Assembly: GCA_028717645.1 (NCBI GenBank)
Contig: JAQUNK010000003.1
Span: 13,486 to 77,485, forward strand
DNA: 64,000 nucleotides
Source: Candidatus Omnitrophota bacterium
GTDB lineage: Bacteria; Omnitrophota; Gorgyraeia; Gygaellales; JAMWDD01
Direction of reading: 5' to 3'
Shown in pieces: positions 10,647 to 20,433 of this stretch; position 1 is the first letter of the stretch; each line of letters opens with the position of its first letter. The notes under the pieces were generated by a model. That model saw nothing but the letters and a program-made list of their open reading frames with translations. It ran no database searches and had not been told where the DNA came from. Made by a program: the position numbers and the translations under genes.

Positions 10647-11226
10647 GACGGCAAGGTTCATTTTCTGGGTAATTTTGAAATTATTTTTTCATTTCAAGGT
10701 TGAAGGCAGGGACAATCTGCCCAAGAAAGGCGGTTTTATTTTGGCAAGTAATCATGCAAGTTTTATCGACCCCGTGGCTTTAGGTTGTGGTACCGGGCGC
10801 AGGCTCAACTTTTTTGCGCGCCACGACCTGTTTAAAAATCCTCTTTGGGGCCGTATCCTTCTTAGCGTCGGCGCTTTTCCGGTGGTCAGGGACAAAGCGG
10901 ATAAGGCCGCGCTAAAAGAAGCATTAAAACGCTTAGGTTCAGGCGGGCCTTTGGTAGTATTCCCCGAAGGCACACGCAGTGAGGTTCCCGGAGAATTACT
11001 CCAGCCGCATGCCGGCATAGGATTTCTGGCTTTAAAATCAGGTGTACCGGTTATTCCGGCATTCGTCAGCGGAACGCAGAATGCCTGGCCCAAGGGCTCT
11101 AACCGTATAAAAATCGCGCCGATATCAGTAAGATACGGCCAACCAATTCTTTTAGAAAGGGGGTTGCCATACGCAGAAGCTGCTAATAAGATTATGGCGA
11201 AGATCAGCGAACTCTCATGTTCTTAA
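10636..11226 (+). CDS. plsC: 1-acyl-sn-glycerol-3-phosphate acyltransferase
   Basis: NHASFIDP (HX4D) and FPEGTRS acyltransferase motifs. Length 196 aa. Confidence 0.75.
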   Translation: MLYRTARFIFWVILKLFFHFKVEGRDNLPKKGGFILASNHASFIDPVALGCGTGRRLNFFARHDLFKNPLWGRILLSVGAFPVVRDKADKAALKEALKRLGSGGPLVVFPEGTRSEVPGELLQPHAGIGFLALKSGVPVIPAFVSGTQNAWPKGSNRIKIAPISVRYGQPILLERGLPYAEAANKIMAKISELSCS

Positions 11227-11454
11227 GGATTAAAAATAAAATAAATTTAAAAAGTCTTCATCTCGATTTTCCTACCGGAGTACTTTGTTCTCATCATAAA
11301 ATCACCTACCCGAATAACACCAAAAATCCTGAAACGAACTTTTTTAGGTTCGGTTCGTTAAAGGAGGTGTTTCTTACGTAGTGTAATAATATAGACAGTT
11401 CAATAATCAGTTCAAAAGTTGATTTCTAAAAAAAATTAAAGGAGGAGTAATCAA

Positions 11455-12996
11455 ATGCCAGGTGACAGAGAAGCGTTAGCAAAACTTTACAATGAATCGA
11501 TCAAGATAATCCAGGAAGGAAAGATCATCAAAGGAAAGATCACGGCGTTCAGCCAGAAAGAAGTGACTGTAGATGTCGGGTTCAAGTCCGAAGGTGTCAT
11601 CCCGGCGATGGAATTCAGCCCCGATGAGCTAGAGGTCGGCAAAGAAGTGGAATTGTATGTGGATTCCATTGAAGACGACCACGGCATGATGCAGCTTTCG
11701 CGCCAGAAGGCACTTCGCCTGCAGGGCTGGGATAAGGTACTTCTGCACCACCAGCAGGAAGAGCTGGTCGACGGCCGCGTAAAAAGAAAGATCAAGGGCG
11801 GGTTCCTGGTGGATGTGATGGGCATAGAAGGTTTCTTGCCGTTGTCGTTGTCCGCTTTCAAGGCCCTTGCCGACAAAGATATCTTAAACAACGTGTTTAA
11901 GTTCAAGATCATCAAGATCAATAATCTGAGGCGCAGCCTTATCCTTTCGCGCAGAGAAGCCGTGCAAAAGGACAAAGAGAAGGCCAAGGAGAAGATCTGG
12001 CAGGAACTGAAGATCGGCGAGATCTATACCGGCGCGGTAAAAGGTATTGCTGATTTCGGCGCGTTCATCGACCTAGGCGGCGTGGACGGCCTGCTGCATA
12101 TTACCGATATGTCTTGGTCCAAGATCAGCCATCCGTCGGAAATCGTGGCTATCGGCGATAAGATCGAGGTAATGATCCTGAATATCGATAAAGAGGCATC
12201 CAAAGTTTCACTGGGCCTTAAGCAGAGATTCCCTGATCCTTGGGCGGATATCGAGAATAAGTATCCTATCGGCACAAAGGTAAAAGGCAAGATCGTAAAT
12301 ATTCTTCCCTACGGCGTATTCGTGGAATTAGAGAAGGGTATTGAAGGCCTGGTGCATATTTCCGAAGTTTCATGGGCGAAGAGAGTGAGCAGCCCGCAGG
12401 AAATATTTGCCATTGGTGATATGGTCGAGGTGCAGGTCCTGAACATAGAAAGAGAAGCGCGCAGGATCTCCTTAAGTATCAAGCAACTGGAATCGAATCC
12501 CTGGCTGGAGGTTGAAGGGAAATATCCAGTAGGGACCAAGGTGCAGGGCAAAGTAAGAGGGTTTACCGATTACGGCGCCTTCATTGAGCTGGATTCGAAT
12601 ATCGAAGGCATGGTGCATGTCTCCGACTTTTCATGGACCAAGAGGATAAATCATCCTCAGGATGTGCTCAAGAAAGGGCAAAAGATAGAGGCAATGATCC
12701 TTTCTATCGACGCCCAGAACAGGCGCATCTCTTTGGGCCTGAAACAGCTTACAGCCAATCCCTGGCCGGAGATTGCCCAAAAGTATCCTTTAGAGACCGT
12801 GCTTGATGCAGAAGTGGTGAGCATCACCGACTTCGGGGTATTTGTGAAATTGGAGGAAGAACTCGAGGGCCTGGTTTTTTCCGGAGAGATCGAAAAGGAC
12901 CAGTTGGCGCAATTAAAACCCCAGGATAAACTAAAGGTGAAAGTGATCAAGGTCGATGTAGAACAGGCCAAGATCGGTTTATCGGCAAAGGTCTAA
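11455..12996 (+). CDS. rpsA: 30S ribosomal protein S1
   Basis: Repeated S1 domains with recurring G-x-V and ...HISE... patterns. Length 513 aa. A strong SD (AAAGGAGGAG) lies upstream. Confidence 0.9.
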   Translation: MPGDREALAKLYNESIKIIQEGKIIKGKITAFSQKEVTVDVGFKSEGVIPAMEFSPDELEVGKEVELYVDSIEDDHGMMQLSRQKALRLQGWDKVLLHHQQEELVDGRVKRKIKGGFLVDVMGIEGFLPLSLSAFKALADKDILNNVFKFKIIKINNLRRSLILSRREAVQKDKEKAKEKIWQELKIGEIYTGAVKGIADFGAFIDLGGVDGLLHITDMSWSKISHPSEIVAIGDKIEVMILNIDKEASKVSLGLKQRFPDPWADIENKYPIGTKVKGKIVNILPYGVFVELEKGIEGLVHISEVSWAKRVSSPQEIFAIGDMVEVQVLNIEREARRISLSIKQLESNPWLEVEGKYPVGTKVQGKVRGFTDYGAFIELDSNIEGMVHVSDFSWTKRINHPQDVLKKGQKIEAMILSIDAQNRRISLGLKQLTANPWPEIAQKYPLETVLDAEVVSITDFGVFVKLEEELEGLVFSGEIEKDQLAQLKPQDKLKVKVIKVDVEQAKIGLSAKV

Positions 12997-12997
12997 A

Positions 12998-14167
12998 ATG
13001 AAGAACATAGAAGAACAGTTAAGGTTGATCAAAAGAGGCGTCGTAGAGATAATTTCCGAAGAAGAACTGGTCAGGAAATTAGAACGTAGTGTCAGAGAGA
13101 ATAAGCCGCTGACGATAAAAGCAGGCTTTGACCCTACGGCGCCCGATCTGCACTTAGGGCACACGGTATTACTCGGAAAGCTCAGGCAATTTCAGGAGCT
13201 GGGGCACAAGGTCGTATTTCTGATCGGCGACTTTACCGGCATGATCGGAGATCCCACTGGCAGGTCCGAGGTGAGAAAACAATTGACCAAGCATGAGGTC
13301 GAAAAAAACGCAGAGACGTATAAGCATCAGATATCCAAGGTTTTGGATATGAAGCGCCTGGAGATTGTCTTTAACAGCCGCTGGTTTGACAAGATGACGG
13401 TCACAGAAATACTGAAGCTGACTACGCATGCTACGGTTTCTCAGATGCTGGCGCGCTCGGACTTCAAAAAGCGGCTGGAACAGAATCAGGATATTTCACT
13501 CCTGGAGTTTATGTATCCGATACTACAGGGCTATGATTCTGTCCAGCTTAATGCAGACATCGAATTGGGCGGCACTGACCAGATCTTTAATTTACTGGTT
13601 GGCCGCGACCTGCAAAGGGACTTTCATCAGGAGCCGCAGGTTGTGATGACCATGCCTTTACTGGAAGGGACCGATGGCGTCCAGAAGATGAGTAAATCCT
13701 ACGGAAACTATATCGGCATTAATGAGCCGCCCGATGCCATGTTCGGTAAGGTCATGTCCATATCCGATGTGCTGATGATGAAATACTTTGAGCTGCTGAC
13801 CGAAGAGGATCTATCGCCGATAAAAGCCATGCACCCCAAGGAAGCAAAGATGAAACTGGCGAAGATAATCACCGCGCATTATCACGGCGAAAATCAGGCG
13901 GAAAAAGCAGAGAAAGAGTTTCAGCGCGTCTTTAGCGCCAAAGAGCTGCCTTCGGATATGCCAGTTTTAAAACTTACCGCGGCTAAGCCTGTTTTAGAGA
14001 TCATGCTCGAGGCAGGATTGGTTGCTTCAGGCAATGAGGCCAGAAGAATGATCAAGCAGGGGGCGGTTATGCTCGACAACGGGAAGATAGACAGCGAAAA
14101 GTTCGTGATAGAAAAAAGCGGGATCTTAAAAGTCGGTTCGCGCCGCTTTTTAAAAATAGAATTCTGA
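12998..14167 (+). CDS. tyrS: tyrosine--tRNA ligase
   Basis: Class I HIGH-type motif PDLHLGH and KMSKS motif. The C-terminal S4-like region is present. Confidence 0.9.
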   Translation: MKNIEEQLRLIKRGVVEIISEEELVRKLERSVRENKPLTIKAGFDPTAPDLHLGHTVLLGKLRQFQELGHKVVFLIGDFTGMIGDPTGRSEVRKQLTKHEVEKNAETYKHQISKVLDMKRLEIVFNSRWFDKMTVTEILKLTTHATVSQMLARSDFKKRLEQNQDISLLEFMYPILQGYDSVQLNADIELGGTDQIFNLLVGRDLQRDFHQEPQVVMTMPLLEGTDGVQKMSKSYGNYIGINEPPDAMFGKVMSISDVLMMKYFELLTEEDLSPIKAMHPKEAKMKLAKIITAHYHGENQAEKAEKEFQRVFSAKELPSDMPVLKLTAAKPVLEIMLEAGLVASGNEARRMIKQGAVMLDNGKIDSEKFVIEKSGILKVGSRRFLKIEF

Positions 14168-15420
14168 TGCTCTTGGATAAAATCAGGAATCTGGACAGGC
14201 ACACAAAAGACACGCTTTTTGTTTTCTTAGGCGCGTCAATGGGCAATTTTTTTAACTTGTTGTACCAGCTGTTCATCGTACGTAAATTTTCTCCTGCTGA
14301 TTTCGCAGCATTCAACACGCTGATTGCCATATTGACGCTGCTTTCGACCCCGATTGCGACACTCACGCAGTCTATAACGCGTTATGTTGCCAGATTCAGC
14401 GCCAAAAAAGAAACCGATAAGATCAGCATAACGCTGAATTTATTTTTCAGGCTTACTTTCTTATTGGGCCTGGCCTTGTTCGTTGTGCTTTGCGCCTTGA
14501 ATGCAGCTATGGCTAAAGCCTTCGGGATACCCGATGCCTTATCCATTTTTATCATGTCTTGCCTGATCTTCTTATTATGGATAACGCCGGTTTATTCCGG
14601 GGCGGTACAAGGCCTGGAGCATTTCGGAGTTTTTGTTTCGGCGACGATGATCAGCGGTTTCTTTAAGCTGGCATTGGTCGTAGTATTTGTGCTCATCGGC
14701 TGGGGTGTGGCCGGCGCCCTGGGAGCATTTTTAGTGAGTTCCCTGTTCTCTCTTTTGATCTTTTTCTTTTCTTTAAAGAAGTACATCTTTAAAAAGACAG
14801 AGGGCAGATTAGAGGAATTTGGCGAGATCGTCCGCTTTATTTTACCCCTGGCCGCAACATGGTTCTGTTTTAATAGCCTGGTAAATATGGATATGATCCT
14901 GGTGAAACATTATTTTAGTTCGCTGGATGCGGGATATTATTCCGTGGCCCAAATGGTGGGTAAGATCTTTCTGTTCCTGCCGGGCCCGGTAAGTATCGTG
15001 ATGTTCCCCAAGACGGCGGGATTGAGCGCTTTAGAGAAAGATACCGTCACTATTTTAAAAAAGCTTGTCCTGTTTGGATCGCTTCTGTGTGTTAGCGCAG
15101 CAGCGTTCTATAATTTATTCCCTGTTTTTGTCTTAAAGGTTTTGACTAACAAGACCATTCCTACCAGTATTGCCCTCGGCAGGTTATTTAGCGTGTCTAT
15201 GAGTTTTTATGCATTGATTTTTATCCTGCTTTCTTACCATCTTTCTATAGGAGATTGCCGTTTTTTAAAATTCCTGGTTATTTCTGCCATAGCACAGCTG
15301 GTTGCCATCAATTTGTTCCACGGGAGTTTATTCACGGTCCAGGTGATCATGTGTTTAAATGCTATTCTTTTGTTCCTGGTGAATTTCAGGCTCGGGCTTA
15401 AAGAGAGCCCGGCGGCTTAA
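14167..15420 (+). CDS. polysaccharide biosynthesis protein, Wzx-like MOP-family flippase
   Basis: 417 aa with about 12 predicted TM helices. The N-terminus resembles the PST/Wzx family. It sits at the 5' edge of the glycan locus. Confidence 0.55.
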   Translation: MLLDKIRNLDRHTKDTLFVFLGASMGNFFNLLYQLFIVRKFSPADFAAFNTLIAILTLLSTPIATLTQSITRYVARFSAKKETDKISITLNLFFRLTFLLGLALFVVLCALNAAMAKAFGIPDALSIFIMSCLIFLLWITPVYSGAVQGLEHFGVFVSATMISGFFKLALVVVFVLIGWGVAGALGAFLVSSLFSLLIFFFSLKKYIFKKTEGRLEEFGEIVRFILPLAATWFCFNSLVNMDMILVKHYFSSLDAGYYSVAQMVGKIFLFLPGPVSIVMFPKTAGLSALEKDTVTILKKLVLFGSLLCVSAAAFYNLFPVFVLKVLTNKTIPTSIALGRLFSVSMSFYALIFILLSYHLSIGDCRFLKFLVISAIAQLVAINLFHGSLFTVQVIMCLNAILLFLVNFRLGLKESPAA

Positions 15421-15425
15421 TCAAG

Positions 15426-16178
15426 ATGAATAAAAATATCAGTGTTTCGGTGATTATCCCTGCGTATAACGAGGCGGGGCACATCCGTTACGGGATCGAG
15501 GAAACGGTCCGCACCTTTAAAGAGCTGAGCTGTGCTTTCGAGATCATCGTGGTCGATGACGGATCGACGGATGATACCCTGGAGCTGGCGAAGGAAACTG
15601 CGCAGAAATATGATAACATCATTGTAAAACAAAACAGGGCTAATCATGGTAAGGGTAGGGCGCTTAAATTCGGCTTTCGCTTTGCCAAGGGCGATTATGT
15701 TGTGTTCCTGGATGCGGACATGGACCTGCATCCGGCCCAGATCTCTACCTTCTTTGATATCCTTGAACTGGACAAGGCCGATATAGTAATCGGTTCGAAA
15801 AGGCACCCTAATTCCGTGATCGATTATCCCCTGCAAAGGAAGATCATCAGTAGTTTTTATTTTTTTCTGGTGAAGTTATTGTTTGGTTTGCCCATCAGGG
15901 ATACACAGACCGGCCTGAAACTTTTTAAGCATGAAGTGCTGGCTAAGGTGCTTCCTAAAATACTGGTGAGAAAGTTCGCCTATGACCTGGAGATCCTGGC
16001 CAATGCCCATCGCCTGGGCTATAAGATAAAAGAGGCGCCCGTGGTCCTTGAATCGCAAAGGCCGCTGGGCAGGATCGGCATCAGCGCCATATATGTTACC
16101 TGGATAGATACGCTGGCGATCTGGTACAGAATGTATATTTTGAAATATTATGACCGTATCGATAATCATAACTTGTAA
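15426..16178 (+). CDS. GT2 glycosyltransferase, polyprenyl-phosphate sugar synthase-like (Dpm1/ArnC-like)
   Basis: VSVIIPAYNE...VVDDGSTDDT...FLDADMD are GT-A DxD-type motifs. Confidence 0.78.
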   Translation: MNKNISVSVIIPAYNEAGHIRYGIEETVRTFKELSCAFEIIVVDDGSTDDTLELAKETAQKYDNIIVKQNRANHGKGRALKFGFRFAKGDYVVFLDADMDLHPAQISTFFDILELDKADIVIGSKRHPNSVIDYPLQRKIISSFYFFLVKLLFGLPIRDTQTGLKLFKHEVLAKVLPKILVRKFAYDLEILANAHRLGYKIKEAPVVLESQRPLGRIGISAIYVTWIDTLAIWYRMYILKYYDRIDNHNL

Positions 16179-17112
16179 AAAATTTAGCGCAAACCTAAAA
16201 GAGAGTATCCGTAAGTGCCGGGAACTGGATCCTTCTGGCCCTGATTATGAAATACTGGTTTTTCCGGACGAGGGTTTTGATATTGAAGGGCCGAAGACAA
16301 GGGTTATCCCGACTGGCAGCGTCCTGCCGGCAGAAAAACGGGACCTGGCTCTAAAAGAAGCAAAGGGTGAGATACTGGCATTTTTAGACGATGACGCCTA
16401 TCCGGCTAAAGACTGGCTGGTCAATGCCACGAGGCATTTTAAGAATGAAGATATTGCCGCGGTCTGCGGCCCGGCGGTTACCCCTGAGAGCGACGGCGTA
16501 ATGGAGCGGGCCAGTGGCTTAGTATACGCATCGCTGTTGGTGAGCGCAAGATATGCCAGTCGCTACAGGCAAGGTAAGGCGGTATTTTTTGTGGATGACT
16601 ATCCTTCCTGTAATTTTTTAGTACGCAGGGATGTCTTCGAAAAAGTAGGAGGTTTTAATACGGCTTTTTGGCCGGGTGAAGATACCATACTTTGCCTGAA
16701 GATCACCAAAGAGATACATAAGAAAATTTTATATGATCCCGGGGTTTTGGTTTATCATCATCGTAGGGAGCTTTTTAGGCCACATTTGAAACAGGTCGCT
16801 AGTTATGCTTTACACCGGGGTTATTTTGCCAAGCGCTTTCCGTGGAATTCTTTAAAGTTCACTTATTTTGTACCCAGCATCTTTGTCTTAGCGCTGGCGT
16901 TTGGCGTTGTGCTTAGTTTGATCCTGCCGGGATTAAAAAGCCTTTATTCCATTGCCTTGGCAGCATATCTGGTCTGCGTATTTATAGCCAGTTTAAATAA
17001 GGATATCAGGTTAATACCTTTAGTTTTTATAGGCATAATCTTAACGCATATTGCTTACGGGATAAATTTTTTAAAAGGCCTGCTGGCTGATAAACTGAAA
17101 GAAGAAGTATGA
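16150..17112 (+). CDS. GT2 glycosyltransferase with C-terminal TM segments
   Basis: N-terminal GT-A fold signatures (IIITCK, FLDDDAYP). Two to four hydrophobic helices at the C-terminus. Confidence 0.6.
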   Translation: MTVSIIITCKKFSANLKESIRKCRELDPSGPDYEILVFPDEGFDIEGPKTRVIPTGSVLPAEKRDLALKEAKGEILAFLDDDAYPAKDWLVNATRHFKNEDIAAVCGPAVTPESDGVMERASGLVYASLLVSARYASRYRQGKAVFFVDDYPSCNFLVRRDVFEKVGGFNTAFWPGEDTILCLKITKEIHKKILYDPGVLVYHHRRELFRPHLKQVASYALHRGYFAKRFPWNSLKFTYFVPSIFVLALAFGVVLSLILPGLKSLYSIALAAYLVCVFIASLNKDIRLIPLVFIGIILTHIAYGINFLKGLLADKLKEEV

Positions 17113-18563
17113 AAATTATAATTGGTTACCCACCATTGGCAAGCGATAATAAAGGGACACCGCTTTTATCCCAGAACCGGCAGTTCCAGTATTTCAAGGC
17201 CCCGACGTATATTTATCCGGTTGTCCCGGCAACTGCCGCGACATTATTAAAAAAAGCAGGCCATGAGGTTATCTGGAAAGACGCCATTGCCGAAGGCCTT
17301 ACTTATCAGCAATTCCTGGATTTTATCAAGAAAGAAAGGCCGGAGCTGATCGCTTTTGAAACTAAGACCCCGGTAGTACAGCAGCACTGGAAAATAATCA
17401 ATGATCTAAGATCCTTAGTAACTGGTTACCGGCCATTGACCGTATTATTCGGCGACCACGTTACCGCCCTCCCTGAAGAGTCTTTCCAAAATAGCCAGGT
17501 TGATTTTGTGCTTACCGGAGGAGACTACGATTTCCTGCTCTCAAATCTGGTCAGTGCCTTAAGCAATAAAACGGCTTTAGAAAAAGGCATTTATTATCGC
17601 GAGAATGGGCAACTCAAAAATACAGGCAGGTTCCATCTGCAGCATGATCTGAATTCTTTGCCTTTCATTGACCGTGAACTTACCCGCTGGGACCTTTACG
17701 CTTATAAGAACGGTAATTATAAAACTACGCCCGGCGCCTATATTATGAGCGGAAGGGACTGCTGGTATCATGAATGTACTTTTTGCTCTTGGCCTACGCT
17801 TTATCCGGAATTCAGGGTAAGAAAGGTGGATAATGTCCTGGAAGAAATAGGGATTTTGATCGATAAATATGGCGTCAAGGAGATCATGGACGATACCGGT
17901 ACTTTTCCTAAGGGCGATTGGTTGAAAAACTTTTGCCTGGGCATCATCGAGCGCGGTTGGAACAATAAAGTTTATCTGGACTGCAATATGCGTTTTGGGG
18001 TACTGAATGAGGATGAGTACAGGCTGATGAAAAAAGCGAATTTCAGGCTTATCCTTTTTGGCTTGGAGTCGGCAAACCAAAGGACCCTGGACAGGATCCA
18101 TAAAGGCCTTAAGGTCGAAGATATCGTTGAGTCCTGCAGATCTTGCAGAAAGGCAGGCCTTTTCCCGCATATTACCATTATGTTCGGCTATCCCTGGGAA
18201 ACTTATGAAGAGGCATTGAATACCTGGAAATTAGGGGAATGGCTGCTTAAAAAAGGATACGCTTATACTATGCAGGCGACCGTAGTTATCCCGTATCCGG
18301 GAAGCCCGCTTTTTGAAGAATGTAAAACCGCCGGGCTCTTAAAGACGCTGGATTGGCAGGATTACGATATGAAGCAGCTGGTCATGAAGACGGATGTAGC
18401 GGAAGAGAAGATCATGGATCTGGTACAAAGGATGTACCGGATCTCTTTTAATCCGGAGTTCGTCATGCGTAAATTGTTTTCCTTGCGCGATGCCGAAGAC
18501 CTGAAGTATTCTTTACGCGCAGCAAAAAAGGTCATGGGCCATATTTTTGATTTTAGCAAATGA
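17109..18563 (+). CDS. B12-binding-domain radical SAM protein (class B)
   Basis: N-terminal cobalamin-binding-like domain. A cysteine triad CWYHECTFC lies in the core. The enzyme is embedded in the glycan locus. Confidence 0.7.
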   Translation: MKIIIGYPPLASDNKGTPLLSQNRQFQYFKAPTYIYPVVPATAATLLKKAGHEVIWKDAIAEGLTYQQFLDFIKKERPELIAFETKTPVVQQHWKIINDLRSLVTGYRPLTVLFGDHVTALPEESFQNSQVDFVLTGGDYDFLLSNLVSALSNKTALEKGIYYRENGQLKNTGRFHLQHDLNSLPFIDRELTRWDLYAYKNGNYKTTPGAYIMSGRDCWYHECTFCSWPTLYPEFRVRKVDNVLEEIGILIDKYGVKEIMDDTGTFPKGDWLKNFCLGIIERGWNNKVYLDCNMRFGVLNEDEYRLMKKANFRLILFGLESANQRTLDRIHKGLKVEDIVESCRSCRKAGLFPHITIMFGYPWETYEEALNTWKLGEWLLKKGYAYTMQATVVIPYPGSPLFEECKTAGLLKTLDWQDYDMKQLVMKTDVAEEKIMDLVQRMYRISFNPEFVMRKLFSLRDAEDLKYSLRAAKKVMGHIFDFSK

Positions 18564-18910
18564 AAGAAAAAATAACTTATACCACGGACAAAGCGAACCG
18601 TTTGATCATCCGGCGTAAGGGTAAGACGCTTACTCCAGATGGGCGGTTTAAGATAGACGAAAGCAACCGGCTTTATTTTTGGCTTAATGAGCCGCTTTCT
18701 TATACCAGAAAATACCGCCTGCCGCAAAAAATAAGCCTGGATGGCAAATGGCGGCTGAATGACGAGCACAACCTGGAGATCGTATCGGATAAGTATGCCG
18801 GCGGCAACCTCTTGCTTAAAATAAACATCATTGCTGCGGCACCCGAGGGTTTTATTTTCGGCGTTAGCCAAATAGATAAACAGGGCCAGGCGCATTTTAC
18901 GCATCCTTAA
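18560..18910 (+). CDS. hypothetical repeat protein, N-terminal fragment (G-x-W-x-x-N repeat family)
   Basis: Contains the LDGKWRLNDEHNLEIV repeat unit. The frame changes around 18905-18912 and the same repeat family continues in the next ORF. Confidence 0.4.
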   Translation: MKEKITYTTDKANRLIIRRKGKTLTPDGRFKIDESNRLYFWLNEPLSYTRKYRLPQKISLDGKWRLNDEHNLEIVSDKYAGGNLLLKINIIAAAPEGFIFGVSQIDKQGQAHFTHP

Positions 18911-18974
18911 ATTCTCCGGCTCTTGGAAGGCAGACGCGTATAACCGCGTTAATTTTGTCATTGAGAAAAAATAT

Positions 18975-19553
18975 TTGTCTGACACCTTGGTTTTTAAAGG
19001 CGCTTGGCAGATAAATAAAGAACAGCAGATCACTTATACCTATGGAAGAACAGTGCTTAAAACCAAGATACGCGAAAAGAGCCTGCTTGTTTTTAAGGGT
19101 ACCTGGCAGGTTAATTCTTCCCACAAGCTTGTTTATCTGTTCGAACATAGCAGAGAGTCGCGTTTTGCTTTCCGCGTACAACTGGAAAGCCCGAATGTCC
19201 GACCCCAGGACGCAAGTATAAAATATCGCCTGGGTATCGGAGTAAGGAAAGACAGGCTGAAAAAAGTCATTTTACTTCACGGAGAATGGAAATTCAACCG
19301 TCATCTCGGCCTGGTTTTTCAGATGTCTGGCAATAGAACTGGCATAAGCGAACTGAATTTCGGCGCCGTGCTTCGCTTATCCAGGGAAAATGAAATTATT
19401 TTTAAATTAACAAATGAAGCTGGCGAGCCCGTAGGCATAAACGTTATTTTTACGCATCGCTTCCTGAAAAAAATGGATGCCGAGGCTTTTTTGAAGATCG
19501 AAAAGTTGAAGAAAGGATCCGGTATTTTAGCCGGCGCACGCATACCTTTTTAA
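18975..19553 (+). CDS. hypothetical repeat protein, C-terminal fragment (G-x-W-x-x-N repeats)
   Basis: Repeats FKGAWQINKEQQITYTY, FKGTWQVNSSHKLVYLF and HGEWKFNRHLGLVFQM. The open frame extends upstream to 18876 and encodes another unit, FSGSWKADAYNRVNFVI. Confidence 0.4.
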   Translation: MSDTLVFKGAWQINKEQQITYTYGRTVLKTKIREKSLLVFKGTWQVNSSHKLVYLFEHSRESRFAFRVQLESPNVRPQDASIKYRLGIGVRKDRLKKVILLHGEWKFNRHLGLVFQMSGNRTGISELNFGAVLRLSRENEIIFKLTNEAGEPVGINVIFTHRFLKKMDAEAFLKIEKLKKGSGILAGARIPF

Positions 19554-19569
19554 ATAAAAGGAGCAAAAA

Positions 19570-20433
19570 ATGAAGGGCATAATATTGGCAGGCGGTAAAG
19601 CGACAAGATTGTATCCGATCACCAAGGGGGTCTGTAAGCAGTTGCTTCCTGTTTATGACAAGCCGATGATCTATTATCCGCTTTCCGTGTTGATGCTGGC
19701 GGGGATAAAGGATATACTGATAATTTCAACTCCGCACGATACGCCTCGTTTTAAAGAATTACTGGGCAGCGGAAAGAACCTGGGGCTCAATCTTTCTTAT
19801 ACTGTGCAGGATGAGCCAAAAGGCATTGCCGAGGCGCTGATCATCGGAGAGGATTTTATCAACGGGGACAGCGTTGCGCTTATTCTGGGCGACAATATAT
19901 TTTACGGGCATAATCTGACGGAGATTTTAAAAGAGGCGATGCACCTGAAGAAGGGTGCGTTCGTTTTCGGCTGTTATGTTAAAGACCCTGCCAGGTACGG
20001 CGTGATCGAATTTAACCGTAACTGCCGGGTAACCTCGATAAAAGAAAAACCCAGAAAGCCGAAGAGTAATTGGGCGGTCTGCGGGCTCTATTTCTATGAT
20101 AAGAATGCCGCTAGGTTTGCCCGGGCCCTGAAGCCGTCGGCTCGGGGAGAAATAGAGATCACCGATCTGAATAACGTGTATCTAAAAAGAAAACAACTGA
20201 AAGTAAAATTACTCGGCCGTGGCTATGCCTGGCTGGACACGGGCACCTATGATTCTTTGATCGATGCGTCGCTTTTCATCAAGACCATAGAAGAGCGCCA
20301 GGGCCTGAAGATCGGCTGCGTAGAAGAGGTGGCTTATCGTATGGGTTACATCAATGCCAAACAGCTGGAAGAGCTTTCAAAAGGGATAAATACCAGTTAC
20401 GGGCAATATTTAAAAAGGATACTGGAAGAATGA
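19570..20433 (+). CDS. rfbA: glucose-1-phosphate thymidylyltransferase
   Basis: [39 protein letters not shown] is near-canonical RmlA. Length 287 aa. Confidence 0.9.
   Translation: MKGIILAGGKATRLYPITKGVCKQLLPVYDKPMIYYPLSVLMLAGIKDILIISTPHDTPRFKELLGSGKNLGLNLSYTVQDEPKGIAEALIIGEDFINGDSVALILGDNIFYGHNLTEILKEAMHLKKGAFVFGCYVKDPARYGVIEFNRNCRVTSIKEKPRKPKSNWAVCGLYFYDKNAARFARALKPSARGEIEITDLNNVYLKRKQLKVKLLGRGYAWLDTGTYDSLIDASLFIKTIEERQGLKIGCVEEVAYRMGYINAKQLEELSKGINTSYGQYLKRILEE

Noticed and set aside
11280-11370. GGTTCGGTTCG motif resembling a tRNA T-arm in the rpsA leader
   Set aside because: No cloverleaf could be built by eye: no D-arm GG, no acceptor stem complementarity and no anticodon arm. Treated as part of the rpsA 5' leader.
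18362-19033. 223-aa minus-strand ORF crossing the gap between the two repeat-protein fragments
   Set aside because: It overlaps the 3' end of the radical SAM gene and both repeat-protein fragments in antisense. The forward frames carry a recognisable internal repeat periodicity and the reverse does not.
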